From contig JAUYID010000009.1 in assembly GCA_030704665.1 (NCBI GenBank), positions 522,460-586,459 on the forward strand: a stretch of DNA of 64,000 bases, given 5' to 3'. The notes under the pieces were generated by a model. That model was not told the origin of the DNA, ran no database searches, and saw only the letters and a program-made list of their open reading frames with translations. Position numbers and translations under genes: made by a program. The first letter of the stretch is position 1; each line of letters begins with the position of its first letter. Positions 17,046-25,911 of the stretch are shown piece by piece. Source of the stretch: a bacterium (GTDB taxonomy: Bacteria; Patescibacteriota; Microgenomatia; Woykebacterales; RBG-16-39-9b).

Positions 17046-17261
17046 TTATTTCTCCGAATGCATTAACATACCCATGGGTATTTCAAGAGCCTTAGCGATT
17101 TTTTCAATATTTTCCAGAGAAACATTTCTGGCACCGCGTTCAATATCACTAATGTAAGTTCTATGAAGGCTTGCTTTAAACGCAAGCTCTTCTTGCGAGA
17201 TTTTCTTTTGTCTTCTGATTTGGCGCATTTTTTCGCCAAACTTTTGTTTAATGTCTACCAT
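17046..17261 (-). CDS. controller (C) protein, XRE-family HTH
   Basis: 71 aa; IRRQKKISQEELAFKASLHRTYISDIERGARNVSLENIEKIAKAL; 2-nt gap to the R gene, a typical C-R operon. Confidence 0.75.
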   Translation of the reverse strand: MVDIKQKFGEKMRQIRRQKKISQEELAFKASLHRTYISDIERGARNVSLENIEKIAKALEIPMGMLMHSEK

Positions 17262-17378
17262 AAGTTACTGTTACTTATTGACTACAATATACTATTCAAT
17301 TAAAATTACTCCACAGACTTTAAGTGACATTAATTTCCTCGACACTGTTTTTTGGAAAACTGTTAGAATATTAGCTAG

Positions 17379-18155
17379 ATGTTTCCTTTCTCCAAAGGAA
17401 TAGACTTCCAGTACCTACGCAATTTCAATCTGATCATGGCTTCCCTACATGCTTTACAGGGAGTAGCCATACTGCTACTCAGCACTTCCTTTTCCTTGCC
17501 GGTAACTGCCGGTTACCTGACATTCGATTTTTCCAGCCAAGCGCTTGTACCATCCAGTAGAGAAATATTTAGTCTGCAGATTGGGCCTTTGGTGGCCCTG
17601 TTTTTCTTCCTTTCCGCGGCTGCCCACCTCATCATTGCTACGCTCTGGCGGGCAAGTTACGAAGAAGACCTAAAAAAGGGAATGAACCGGGTTCGTTGGA
17701 TCGAATACGCCCTTTCGGTTTCGGTCATGATGGTAGCGATCGCTCTGCTGGTGGGAATTTATGAGCTCACCAGTTTGATCATGATTTTTGCTTTGGTAGC
17801 TGTCATGAACCTCATGGGACTAATGATGGAAGTGCACAATCAAACTACTGAAAAAACTAGTTGGCTCGCCTTCAAAATCGGCAGCTTTGCTGGCATCGTC
17901 CCGTGGGTTGTTGTCGGTCTCTACTTCTGGGCCGCTTCTGCCTATGGAGAGGGAGATACACCCACCTTTGTTTACTGGATTTACATCAGCATCTTCGTTT
18001 TCTTCAACTGCTTTGCAATCAACATGTACCTGCAATACAAAAGAATCGGAAAGTGGAAAGACTACATTTTTGGTGAAAGGGTCTACATGGTTCTCAGTCT
18101 GGTGGCAAAATCTGCTCTTGCCTGGCAAGTCTTCGCCGGTACCCTACGGCCTTAG
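17379..18155 (+). CDS. heliorhodopsin (7-TM retinal protein, inverted topology)
   Basis: RWIEYALSVSVMMVAIALL (counterion Glu), AGIVPWVVVGLYFW, QYKRIGKWKDYIFGERVYMVLSLVAKSALAWQVFAGTLRP with the retinal-binding Lys in SLVAKSALAWQ; near-collinear with heliorhodopsin 48C12 as recalled. Confidence 0.8.
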   Translation: MFPFSKGIDFQYLRNFNLIMASLHALQGVAILLLSTSFSLPVTAGYLTFDFSSQALVPSSREIFSLQIGPLVALFFFLSAAAHLIIATLWRASYEEDLKKGMNRVRWIEYALSVSVMMVAIALLVGIYELTSLIMIFALVAVMNLMGLMMEVHNQTTEKTSWLAFKIGSFAGIVPWVVVGLYFWAASAYGEGDTPTFVYWIYISIFVFFNCFAINMYLQYKRIGKWKDYIFGERVYMVLSLVAKSALAWQVFAGTLRP

Positions 18156-18200
18156 GAATCCTTGACAACTTCTCCCCAACAAGCCTAAAATCCCGACACA

Positions 18201-18881
18201 ATGGAAAAATCTACCTACAAACTAAGCCCTTCGGATTTCGCTTATCTTTACGAAGACTGCAAATATTGCTACACACTTAAAATCAAACAAGGAATAGTCC
18301 AACCTAGTATGCCAATGCCGGGTGTCTTTGGCGCGATTAATACTCGGATTCAAGGAAGTCTGGTCGGTAAAAATCTCCAAAGCCTCGCCAAAAACTTACC
18401 GGACGGCGAAGTTGTTACTCAGGAAGGCTGGGTTGAATCAATTCAAATTCCCGGAACTTCAGTTTACCTAAAAGGAAAATATGATCTTTTGGTCAAAAAC
18501 TCTGACGGCAGCCACACTTTGGTTGATCTTAAAATCAGCCAGCCTGGGGAGGACAAGATCGAAAAATATAAAACTCAGCTGACTGCGTACAAATACGCTT
18601 TGGAAAACCCCAAAACAAACTCTCCCATCAAGGTCAGCAAACTTGCTTTACTAATCTTTTATCCGGACAAAGTTTCATTTGAAAGTGGAGCTGCCTTGCT
18701 CGACTTTCCCGCGAATTGGCTGGAAGTTCCAGCTGACGATGAGGCTTTCCAGATCTTTATCAAAGGAGTTGATCGGCTGCTTGCTGGTCCGGAGCCGGCT
18801 GAGAGCGAAACCTGTAAATGGTGTGTCTATAGAAAGAAGTTTCAACCACAGGAAAAGATTGTTGACGATATACCTTTTTAG
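18201..18881 (+). CDS. PD-(D/E)xK Cas4/RecB-like nuclease with N- and C-terminal CxxC pairs
   Basis: LSPSDFAYLYEDCKYCY (N-terminal Cys pair), KYDLLV...TLVDLKIS (D...DxK), KTQLTAYKYAL (QxxxY), ETCKWCVY (C-terminal Cys pair). Confidence 0.55.
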   Translation: MEKSTYKLSPSDFAYLYEDCKYCYTLKIKQGIVQPSMPMPGVFGAINTRIQGSLVGKNLQSLAKNLPDGEVVTQEGWVESIQIPGTSVYLKGKYDLLVKNSDGSHTLVDLKISQPGEDKIEKYKTQLTAYKYALENPKTNSPIKVSKLALLIFYPDKVSFESGAALLDFPANWLEVPADDEAFQIFIKGVDRLLAGPEPAESETCKWCVYRKKFQPQEKIVDDIPF

Positions 18882-18993
18882 ATAGACTTCCTTGTCTTTT
18901 CTTCTGAGCAAGCCTATACTTAGTTCCTATGGCCCGCGGACAAAACAAACAGAAAAAAGAAAAGAAAAAGCCCAAGAAGGACAAGTCGAAGTA

Positions 18994-19146
18994 ATGGATG
19001 AGCCAGTTCGCTGTCCTTATTGCCACAGCAAGGATCTCTCCATCCTTCCCCCCTCAAACAGAGAGTCGACCACTATTTCCTACCGCTGTCAGATGTGCTC
19101 GCGCACTTTCAGCAAGTCAAAAAACGAAGATAAAGAAGATAAATAG
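18994..19146 (+). CDS. 51-aa zinc-ribbon protein, preceded by a 21-aa Lys-rich micro-ORF (18929-18994)
   Basis: MDEPVRCPYCHSKDL...YRCQMCSRTF; upstream MARGQNKQKKEKKKPKKDKSK. Confidence 0.3.
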   Translation: MDEPVRCPYCHSKDLSILPPSNRESTTISYRCQMCSRTFSKSKNEDKEDK

Positions 19147-19193
19147 GCAGTTCCTGACTTTTAAAAACACTTTCTTGTATACTCTATCTTGAG

Positions 19194-20372
19194 ATGCTTG
19201 CCTTTTCTAGAAAAAGATTGATCGCTAGCCTTGTCGGGCTCCTGCTACTTCTCTCGACAGCCTCCGCCATCTACTACTTCCTCCGTCCGGCCCAAACACC
19301 GCAAGAATCTGCTCAAAAGGAAACCCCCAAATTTGAGGCTTTTTGGAAACAGCGAATTGAGGCCGCTATGGCCCCCTCCAACTGCCCCGACACAGGTCAA
19401 CCCAAGATCCCAACCACTTCTTATCAAGGCAAACTTTATGACGGGCACATCCACATTCCTTCTATTTTCACCGGGGGTGAGAATGACGAACCGAGCTACG
19501 AAGACAAGGTGGTAAATTCAACTTTAGGTGTAAATATAAAAATGAGTGAGTTCGTTTGTGTCCTCGAACATGATGGCACGAGCAAGGCTTTTGCCTTTTT
19601 CCCAGTTTACCGAGAGATGAGCCGTCAACACATTGAGATCGCAAAGCAAACAATGGAGCGTTATCCGGATCGGTTTGTCCCCTACGTAATGCCACCGGAC
19701 AATGATGGCTCGAAGGACGGCTTTCCCACGGTGGACGCGGACAGCCTCAAAAAAATGCTCGGGGCTGACCCAGGATTGTTCAAGGGTTATGGAGAGATTG
19801 GACTTTACGCCCGCAGCGGTGGCTCCCCAGCGCTATTTCCGGACTCGCCGAGACTAACGGAAATTTACCCAGTTGTGAGAAAAAACAAACTCCTGATTTA
19901 TTTTCACCTTGGGGAAGGAATGCGGGAAAGCTACAAAAAGATCATTAAAGCTAATCCTGACATTAATTTTCTCTTCCATGGCGATCAGCTGATTCAGTGC
20001 GAAAAGTGCTCACAAGATCTTTCCCAAATCGAAGACGTTTTGGGTTCAGCACCGAATGTTTACTACGAAGTTGACGAGCTCTGGGGTGATGTTTTTATCT
20101 TTCAGCCAGAGGTGACGAAGAAGCAGTTCTTCAATCATTTCAAAGATTACAAACCGCTGCTAAAAAAAGACGTTGCGACCTGGAAAGGATTCATCGAGAA
20201 ATTTCCCGATCAAGTCATCTGGGGCAGCGACCGCGGCATTTTCCGCTGGCCGGTTGATCTTGAAGTGAGTCGGCAGCTGACTGATTACGTCCGTGCCTTT
20301 ATTGCCCGTCTAGACCCAACGGTCCAGGAAAAATACGCCTACAAAAACATTGAAAAGCTGCTGCCAAACTAG
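19194..20372 (+). CDS. membrane-anchored amidohydrolase-superfamily (TIM-barrel metal-dependent hydrolase) protein
   Basis: N-terminal TM; DGHIHIPS (HxH), later His/Asp positions (FHGDQ, IWGSDRG). Confidence 0.6.
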   Translation: MLAFSRKRLIASLVGLLLLLSTASAIYYFLRPAQTPQESAQKETPKFEAFWKQRIEAAMAPSNCPDTGQPKIPTTSYQGKLYDGHIHIPSIFTGGENDEPSYEDKVVNSTLGVNIKMSEFVCVLEHDGTSKAFAFFPVYREMSRQHIEIAKQTMERYPDRFVPYVMPPDNDGSKDGFPTVDADSLKKMLGADPGLFKGYGEIGLYARSGGSPALFPDSPRLTEIYPVVRKNKLLIYFHLGEGMRESYKKIIKANPDINFLFHGDQLIQCEKCSQDLSQIEDVLGSAPNVYYEVDELWGDVFIFQPEVTKKQFFNHFKDYKPLLKKDVATWKGFIEKFPDQVIWGSDRGIFRWPVDLEVSRQLTDYVRAFIARLDPTVQEKYAYKNIEKLLPN

Positions 20373-20411
20373 CTTCGTAAGTCGGCTCGCGAGAAACTTC
20401 ATCTTTTGACC

Positions 20412-20630
20412 ATGAAAATCTTTGTCAAAGTCAAACCAGCTGCAAAAGAAGACAGGCTCGAGAAGCTCGATGAAACTCATTATCGAGTCTCGGTCAAAGC
20501 TCCGCCAGTCAGAGGCCAAGCCAATGACAGCGTGGTCGTCTCGTTGGCCCTTTTTTTCAAAGTCCCCAAAGCAAAGATTCGGATCATCTCCGGTTTAACT
20601 TCCAGGGAGAAAACAATTAAGTTAGTTTAG
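20412..20630 (+). CDS. DUF167/YggU-family protein
   Basis: MKIFVKVKPAAKEDRLEKLDETHYRVSVKAPPVRGQANDSVV. Confidence 0.6.
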   Translation: MKIFVKVKPAAKEDRLEKLDETHYRVSVKAPPVRGQANDSVVVSLALFFKVPKAKIRIISGLTSREKTIKLV

Positions 20631-20676
20631 AAAACAACAAACAACTTTAGGCGGGCTGCTCTCTTCGCTCCTTTAA

Positions 20677-20979
20677 TTAATTTTGCGGGTTACCACACAA
20701 CGTGCTGTTGTTAATTCCAGTTTGTGTGCCGTCAGTTCCTGGCCCAGGATAAGAACCGAGGAACGTGGCATGCACCTTTTCGATTCCAAGGCTAGCGTCT
20801 TTTCCAAAAGCATCAAACGAGCCATGGTCAGCACAAACAGTTTTGGAAGTTGAAACACCGTATCCTGGCATTGTTCCGTAATCGGACCCATTACCAGAGT
20901 TGCTTGCAACCGCTGGTACGATTGCAAAAGCTACTAAAGAACCAGCCGCTACTGCGGCTCCAATATATCTTTTTAACAT
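20677..20979 (-). CDS. small secreted hypothetical protein
   Basis: MLKRYIGAAVAAGSLVAFAIVPAVASN signal peptide; start moved to this internal Met. Confidence 0.4.
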   Translation of the reverse strand: MLKRYIGAAVAAGSLVAFAIVPAVASNSGNGSDYGTMPGYGVSTSKTVCADHGSFDAFGKDASLGIEKVHATFLGSYPGPGTDGTQTGINNSTLCGNPQN

Positions 20980-21165
20980 TATTTTTTTTACACCCCCTTT
21001 CACACAAAAAGTTGCCAGTGGGCAACTACAAATATGATGTGCTTTTGGCCCAAAAAAGTCAACTTTCAAGCAGACAAGCCATCAGCGTCTAGAACCAGGA
21101 AAGTAAGACTGAAATGGAGACTTTCTTCTTGCCGAGAAGAAGAAAGAGATCTATAATCTACCTAT

Positions 21166-21420
21166 ATGGCAATTGTCCGCCTCATCCTTGAAATCATCAT
21201 CGCCGTCATCGAGATTTTGCTCGTACTCAGATTGGTTTTTGTCTTGCTCGATTCGCGTCTGGTTGGCTTTGTCGCCAATGTTTTTTCTTGGACCGACCCA
21301 CTGATTGCCCCCACCAGCAATTTTTTCCCCGGTCTTCTACCCCTGTTTGCGATTCTTTTTGCTATGTTTGTTTACGGACTAGTTTTCGGTATTCTGATTG
21401 CGCTTTTGCGACTGGTCTAA
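21166..21420 (+). CDS. YggT-family membrane protein
   Basis: 84 aa, two TM helices; adjacent to DUF167, the conserved yggT-yggU pairing. Confidence 0.6.
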   Translation: MAIVRLILEIIIAVIEILLVLRLVFVLLDSRLVGFVANVFSWTDPLIAPTSNFFPGLLPLFAILFAMFVYGLVFGILIALLRLV

Positions 21421-21540
21421 AATTTGCAAACTAACCCCATAGTCAGGTATAATTAGCCTGTTCAGCCTAAGTAATTCCCTTTTTGAACAAAAGAAAAAGA
21501 TTTTTTTTCTTGCCGGGAGCTTACTTTGTGCTTAAAAATT

Positions 21541-23325
21541 ATGGAAAAACTGAGAAACGTGGCAATTATTGCCCATGTTGACCACGGCAAAACCACACTC
21601 GTAGACGCTCTTTTGCGTCAGAGCAACACTAAACTTCACAAGGACCTCACTGGGTCAGATCTGATCATGGACTCAAACGATCTAGAAAAAGAGCGCGGCA
21701 TCACCATTTTTTCCAAAAACGCTTCGATTGAATGGCAAGGAACCAAAATTAACATTATTGACACTCCTGGCCACGCCGATTTCGGCGGTGAGGTTGAAAG
21801 AGTTTTAAAAATGGCGGACGGCTGTCTACTTTTGGTTGACGCCAAGGAAGGGCCCATGCCGCAGACTCGTTTCGTTCTCAAAAGAGCCCTCGAACTGGGA
21901 CATAAAATCATTGTGGTCATCAACAAAATCGACCGAGCCGACGCCCGTCCTGACTGGGTCGTCAACAAGACTTTTGATCTTTTCGTGGAACTCGGAGCAG
22001 AGGAAGAAACCGCTTTCTTCCCGCTTGTTTACACTTCTGCAAAAAAGGGTCTAGCCGGTCTAGAACCAGAAATCAGCAAGATGAAAGATATTGCTCCGGT
22101 TTTTGAGGCTATTTTGCAGCATATTCCCGCCCCAGGTGGAGAGGCGGACAAACCACTGCAAATGCTTATCACCACTATCGTCGGGGACAATTTCAAGGGC
22201 CGAATCGCCACTGCCCGCATTTACAATGGCCGGGTGCGAGCTGGGCAAGAAGTGACTCACATCAACCGACTCGGGGAAATGAAAAAGGCTCGGCTCACCG
22301 CCCTGATTGGTTTTTCCGGTCTGGATCGAGTTGAAATTGACTCTGCCCAGGCTGGCGATATTGTTGCTTTTGCCGGCATTGCCGATATCAACATTGGCGA
22401 AACCGTCGCGGACCCGAATGAGGCCGTCGCTCTTCCTCTGCTCGATATTGAGGAACCGACGATCAACATGACAATTTCGGTCAACTCTTCTCCCTTTGCC
22501 GGCAAGGAGGGAGAGTTCAAAACTTCCCGCCAAATCCACGACCGACTCTACAAAGAACTGGAAACCGATATGGCTTTAAAGGTCGCAGATGGGCCAAATG
22601 GAGATTGGGTGGTTTCAGGTCGGGGGGAACTCCACTTGGCAATTTTGATTGAGAGGCTGCGCCGCGAGGGTTATGAATTTCAAGTCGCACGTCCGCAAGT
22701 AATTACAAAAATAGTTGACGGGACGAGGCTCTCCCCTTTTGAAAAGGTCTTCATTGAAGTTCCGGACCAGTACTCCGGTGTAGTCATGCAAAAAATGGGT
22801 GAGCGAGGCGGCAAACTTCTCGATATGAGGAGCGAAGACGGCGTCACCCTGACTGAGTTTGTCATTCCCACTCGCCGCCTTTTCGGCTACCGCAGTGAAT
22901 TCATCACCGATACCAAGGGCACTGGAACTCTGAACACCATTTTCCACGAGTTTGCTCCTGACGAGAGCGGCTCTTTTGTCCGCTCTCGAGGCTCTCTAGT
23001 CGCCTATGAGGACGGAGCAACCACTCTTTATGGTCTGACCAACGCTCAAGACCGCGGAGTCCTCTTTATCGGCCCAGCAATCAAGGTTTATAAAGGTCAA
23101 GTCATTGGCCAAAACGCGCGCGGGGACGATATCAAAGTCAACGTCGCCCGCGAAAAACAGCAAACCAACATGCGCAGTAAAGGGGAGGGTGTCTCTGAGC
23201 ACTTTAACGCTCCCCAACCGATGGGTTTGGAGGACTCTCTAGAATACATCGACGATTCCGAACTGGTGGAAGTGACTCCAGCCAACATTCGCCTGCGCAA
23301 AATCGACCTCAACGCCAAGTATTGA
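21541..23325 (+). CDS. typA: translational GTPase TypA/BipA
   Basis: MEKLRNVAIIAHVDHGKTTLVDALL, DTPGHADFGGEVER, NKIDR; full-length EF-G-like architecture. Confidence 0.9.
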   Translation: MEKLRNVAIIAHVDHGKTTLVDALLRQSNTKLHKDLTGSDLIMDSNDLEKERGITIFSKNASIEWQGTKINIIDTPGHADFGGEVERVLKMADGCLLLVDAKEGPMPQTRFVLKRALELGHKIIVVINKIDRADARPDWVVNKTFDLFVELGAEEETAFFPLVYTSAKKGLAGLEPEISKMKDIAPVFEAILQHIPAPGGEADKPLQMLITTIVGDNFKGRIATARIYNGRVRAGQEVTHINRLGEMKKARLTALIGFSGLDRVEIDSAQAGDIVAFAGIADINIGETVADPNEAVALPLLDIEEPTINMTISVNSSPFAGKEGEFKTSRQIHDRLYKELETDMALKVADGPNGDWVVSGRGELHLAILIERLRREGYEFQVARPQVITKIVDGTRLSPFEKVFIEVPDQYSGVVMQKMGERGGKLLDMRSEDGVTLTEFVIPTRRLFGYRSEFITDTKGTGTLNTIFHEFAPDESGSFVRSRGSLVAYEDGATTLYGLTNAQDRGVLFIGPAIKVYKGQVIGQNARGDDIKVNVAREKQQTNMRSKGEGVSEHFNAPQPMGLEDSLEYIDDSELVEVTPANIRLRKIDLNAKY

Positions 23326-23365
23326 CCTTTGCTGTGCGCTTTTAACTGGTGTAGAATAAACTTTA

Positions 23366-24358
23366 ATGCCTGTTGAAACAAAAGAAACTTCAAAACTCCC
23401 CCTTATTTTCATCGCTTTAGTCTTTGTTCTTTTAATCGCCGGCGGAGTTGCCTTTCTTCTTTTCTTTAATAGATCTGAACCAGTCAAGGAAGCCGCAAAC
23501 ACCAATCCTTCAGCTACAAATTCCGCCACTGTGGAAAAAACGACTATTACCAAAACTGGCTCGGCCAAAAAGATTTTCACTGGTGGCTATGCTGATCCTT
23601 CGATCATCAAGAAAAAAGATGGGACTTACTTGATGTATTTGAATAAATTTGGCAACGGTCCCAGCGGTTATCTAGTTTTGTCTTCGAAAGATGCAAAAAC
23701 CTGGAAAGAGGAGACCGGAATCATTTTCCCTGGAATTTCCGTCGCCCGCGCCTTTCAAACCAAAACCGGGATTCGTTTTTACTATCCAGAGCAAATGCCT
23801 TTGGCTGGTAGTACTGATCCGATGCCCTCCCTGCTGAGTGCCTTTTCGACTGACGGACTAGCTTTTAAGAAAGAGGCGGGAGCGAGAGTCAAACCCAGAG
23901 ACGGCTATTTCCTCGGCGGCTCGACCGTTTTTACTTTGCCAAACGGAAAACTGCGGATGTATTTTGAAGAACCCGCAGCAGCTGACCCAATGAAAAGAAA
24001 GGGTGTGATTTGGGGAGCTTCCTCCTCTGATGGTCTGAAGTGGACACGCGATAGTTCCCCAAGCATTGAACCCGAAACCAGTGTTGAGAACGCTCCAGCT
24101 GATTGGCCTCAAGCTTTGCACCCCTTCGTCGTCACCGAACCTGACGGGACTTTCTTAATGTTTTACAACACTCATTCCAAAATTTATGCGGCTGAATCAA
24201 AGGACGGACTCTCTTGGACTAAACTGGGTGACCTAGGTATCGATGGCGCCGACGCGGATGGAGTTTATCTTCCCAATGGAAACTTTCGTCTTTATTACGG
24301 GGATTTTGACGAAAAAACCGGTGGCGAAGTCTTCTCCATTGATTTGACAATTTCCTAA
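23366..24358 (+). CDS. membrane-anchored beta-propeller glycoside-hydrolase-like protein (GH43/GH32-clan-like)
   Basis: N-terminal TM; repeated blades with DPS..., LSSKDAKTWK, SSDGLKWT, SKDGLSWT Asp/Trp motifs. Confidence 0.4.
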   Translation: MPVETKETSKLPLIFIALVFVLLIAGGVAFLLFFNRSEPVKEAANTNPSATNSATVEKTTITKTGSAKKIFTGGYADPSIIKKKDGTYLMYLNKFGNGPSGYLVLSSKDAKTWKEETGIIFPGISVARAFQTKTGIRFYYPEQMPLAGSTDPMPSLLSAFSTDGLAFKKEAGARVKPRDGYFLGGSTVFTLPNGKLRMYFEEPAAADPMKRKGVIWGASSSDGLKWTRDSSPSIEPETSVENAPADWPQALHPFVVTEPDGTFLMFYNTHSKIYAAESKDGLSWTKLGDLGIDGADADGVYLPNGNFRLYYGDFDEKTGGEVFSIDLTIS

Positions 24359-24535
24359 CCAAAAGAAAAGATCTCCCTCCTAAAAATCTTTTCTTAAACA
24401 GGGCGATTAGCACTTAGAACTCAGCGCCAAATGCGCCTCAAACTACCCTCTCCGAACTCGTTGTAGGTCAGCTCAAAGTGAAAGGATCGGCGCACCACTT
24501 TGCTTCTGGGTACTCATTAGGTTAAAATCGAGCCA

Positions 24536-25471
24536 ATGAAAAAGACAGTCAAACCAACCTACCCTGCCTACAAAAGTGACTTTCTTGATGTTGGGCATGG
24601 CCACCACCTTTACTACGAACTCTACGGCAATCCCAAAGGAAAACCAGTTCTCTACCTCCACGGTGGGCCAGGAGCTGGCTTCAGAGAAAGGCACAAAGGC
24701 TTCTTTGACCCCAAAATCTGGAACGTTATCCTCTTCGATCAACGGGGAGCGGGTCGCAGTACTCCTTTTGCTAGCCTCCACGAAAACACCACCGCCAGTC
24801 TAGTCAAAGACATCAACCTTTTGCTCGACAAACTAGGTCTTGAGAAAGTCCTGCTCTTTGGTGGCTCCTGGGGCTCAACTCTAGCTTTGGTTTACGCAAT
24901 TGAAAACCCCAAGAGAGTAGTCGGAATCATTACTTGGGGAGTCTTCCTTTGTGATCGTTTTGATCAAAAGTACTACCTGGAGGGTGGCTCAGCTGACTTT
25001 GCGCCTGAGGCTTGGGAACGCTTCGCAAGCATTGTCCCCAAAGAACACCAAAGTAAACCAGCACCATATTATTACCGGCAAATGCAGGGTAAAAATGAAA
25101 AGGCAAAGGACATGTTTGCTTTTGAGTGGACCCTCTATGAATGGCGCCTCATGGATCCGGATGCTAGTTTGGAAAAACTAACTCGTGAAATCAAGAAGGA
25201 AGGTTTCTACAAGTCTCTAGCGCCTCTGGAGGCTCATTACATTCTTGCTGGTGGTTTCTTTCCCGAAGGCTACATTTTGAAAAATGCTCCAAAACTAAAA
25301 ATCCCGGTGACAATTGTGCAGGGACGCTATGATTATTGCTGCCCCCCAGTTAGTGCCTACCGGCTACACAAGAAAATCAGGGGCTCCAAACTGATCATGG
25401 TCAATGCCGGTCACGCCAGCAGTGAACGCCCTACTACCAAAAAACTGATCGAAACCCTAAAAGATTTTTAA
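24536..25471 (+). CDS. pip: proline iminopeptidase (S33 alpha/beta hydrolase)
   Basis: HGGPGAG, GGSWGSTLAL nucleophile elbow, C-terminal His region. Confidence 0.8.
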   Translation: MKKTVKPTYPAYKSDFLDVGHGHHLYYELYGNPKGKPVLYLHGGPGAGFRERHKGFFDPKIWNVILFDQRGAGRSTPFASLHENTTASLVKDINLLLDKLGLEKVLLFGGSWGSTLALVYAIENPKRVVGIITWGVFLCDRFDQKYYLEGGSADFAPEAWERFASIVPKEHQSKPAPYYYRQMQGKNEKAKDMFAFEWTLYEWRLMDPDASLEKLTREIKKEGFYKSLAPLEAHYILAGGFFPEGYILKNAPKLKIPVTIVQGRYDYCCPPVSAYRLHKKIRGSKLIMVNAGHASSERPTTKKLIETLKDF

Positions 25472-25536
25472 GCACTCTCTTTCACTAAAGAAATGAAGCG
25501 AATTCTTGTTTGGCCAATTGACACTTCTTTTCTTCC

Positions 25537-25565
25537 CCACTAAACTATAAACATTGTTCTTTGTA
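25537..25565 (+). promoter_or_regulatory. sigma70-like promoter (TTGACA-17-TAAACT) ahead of 25591 ORF
   Basis: ttgacacttcttttcttccccactaaact. Confidence 0.35.
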
Positions 25566-25590
25566 AAAAGCGAAAGGCGGTGATTTTTTT

Positions 25591-25854
25591 ATGAAATACA
25601 CAATGACCTGTAATCAAGGCCACGAAGACGAGCCCTTTACTGCTAGTGTCGAAGCTGAAAATGACGATGAGGCGATGGGAAAGATGATGGAAGAGGTAAA
25701 ACCTCACCTAGCTGAAAAGCACTCTGACCTGGCTGGGAAAAGCGACGATGAACTCAAAGAAATGATCGTGGGAATGTGGAGCAAAGAAGAGGGCGGCGCG
25801 GCAATGGGTGGTGACACCACTCCCGAAGCAGGTGGGGAGACACCCGCTGCATAA
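25591..25854 (+). CDS. small acidic DUF1059-like protein
   Basis: MKYTMTCNQGHEDEPFTASVEAENDDEAMGKMMEEVKPHLAEKH pattern. Confidence 0.3.
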   Translation: MKYTMTCNQGHEDEPFTASVEAENDDEAMGKMMEEVKPHLAEKHSDLAGKSDDELKEMIVGMWSKEEGGAAMGGDTTPEAGGETPAA

Positions 25855-25882
25855 ATAAAGACTTTTAATAGGTGAAGGAAAG

Positions 25883-25911
25883 GCGGCCCAGAGGGTCGCT
25901 TTTCTTTTTTC
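25883..25911 (+). terminator. intrinsic terminator
   Basis: gcggcc-cagag-ggtcgc then ttttcttttttc. Confidence 0.5.

Larger units (their letters stand above)
15620..17350. other. AT-rich (about 33% GC) island carrying a Type II restriction-modification system
   Basis: Abrupt composition drop relative to the flanks; contains the M, R and C genes. Confidence 0.6.

Noticed and set aside
21106-21140. Perfect 9-bp hairpin tttcttctt-gccgag-aagaagaaa upstream of yggT
   Set aside because: It has no following T-run, so it is not a terminator. It lies just upstream of a TATAAT and could be an operator or attenuator, but there is nothing to support a call.
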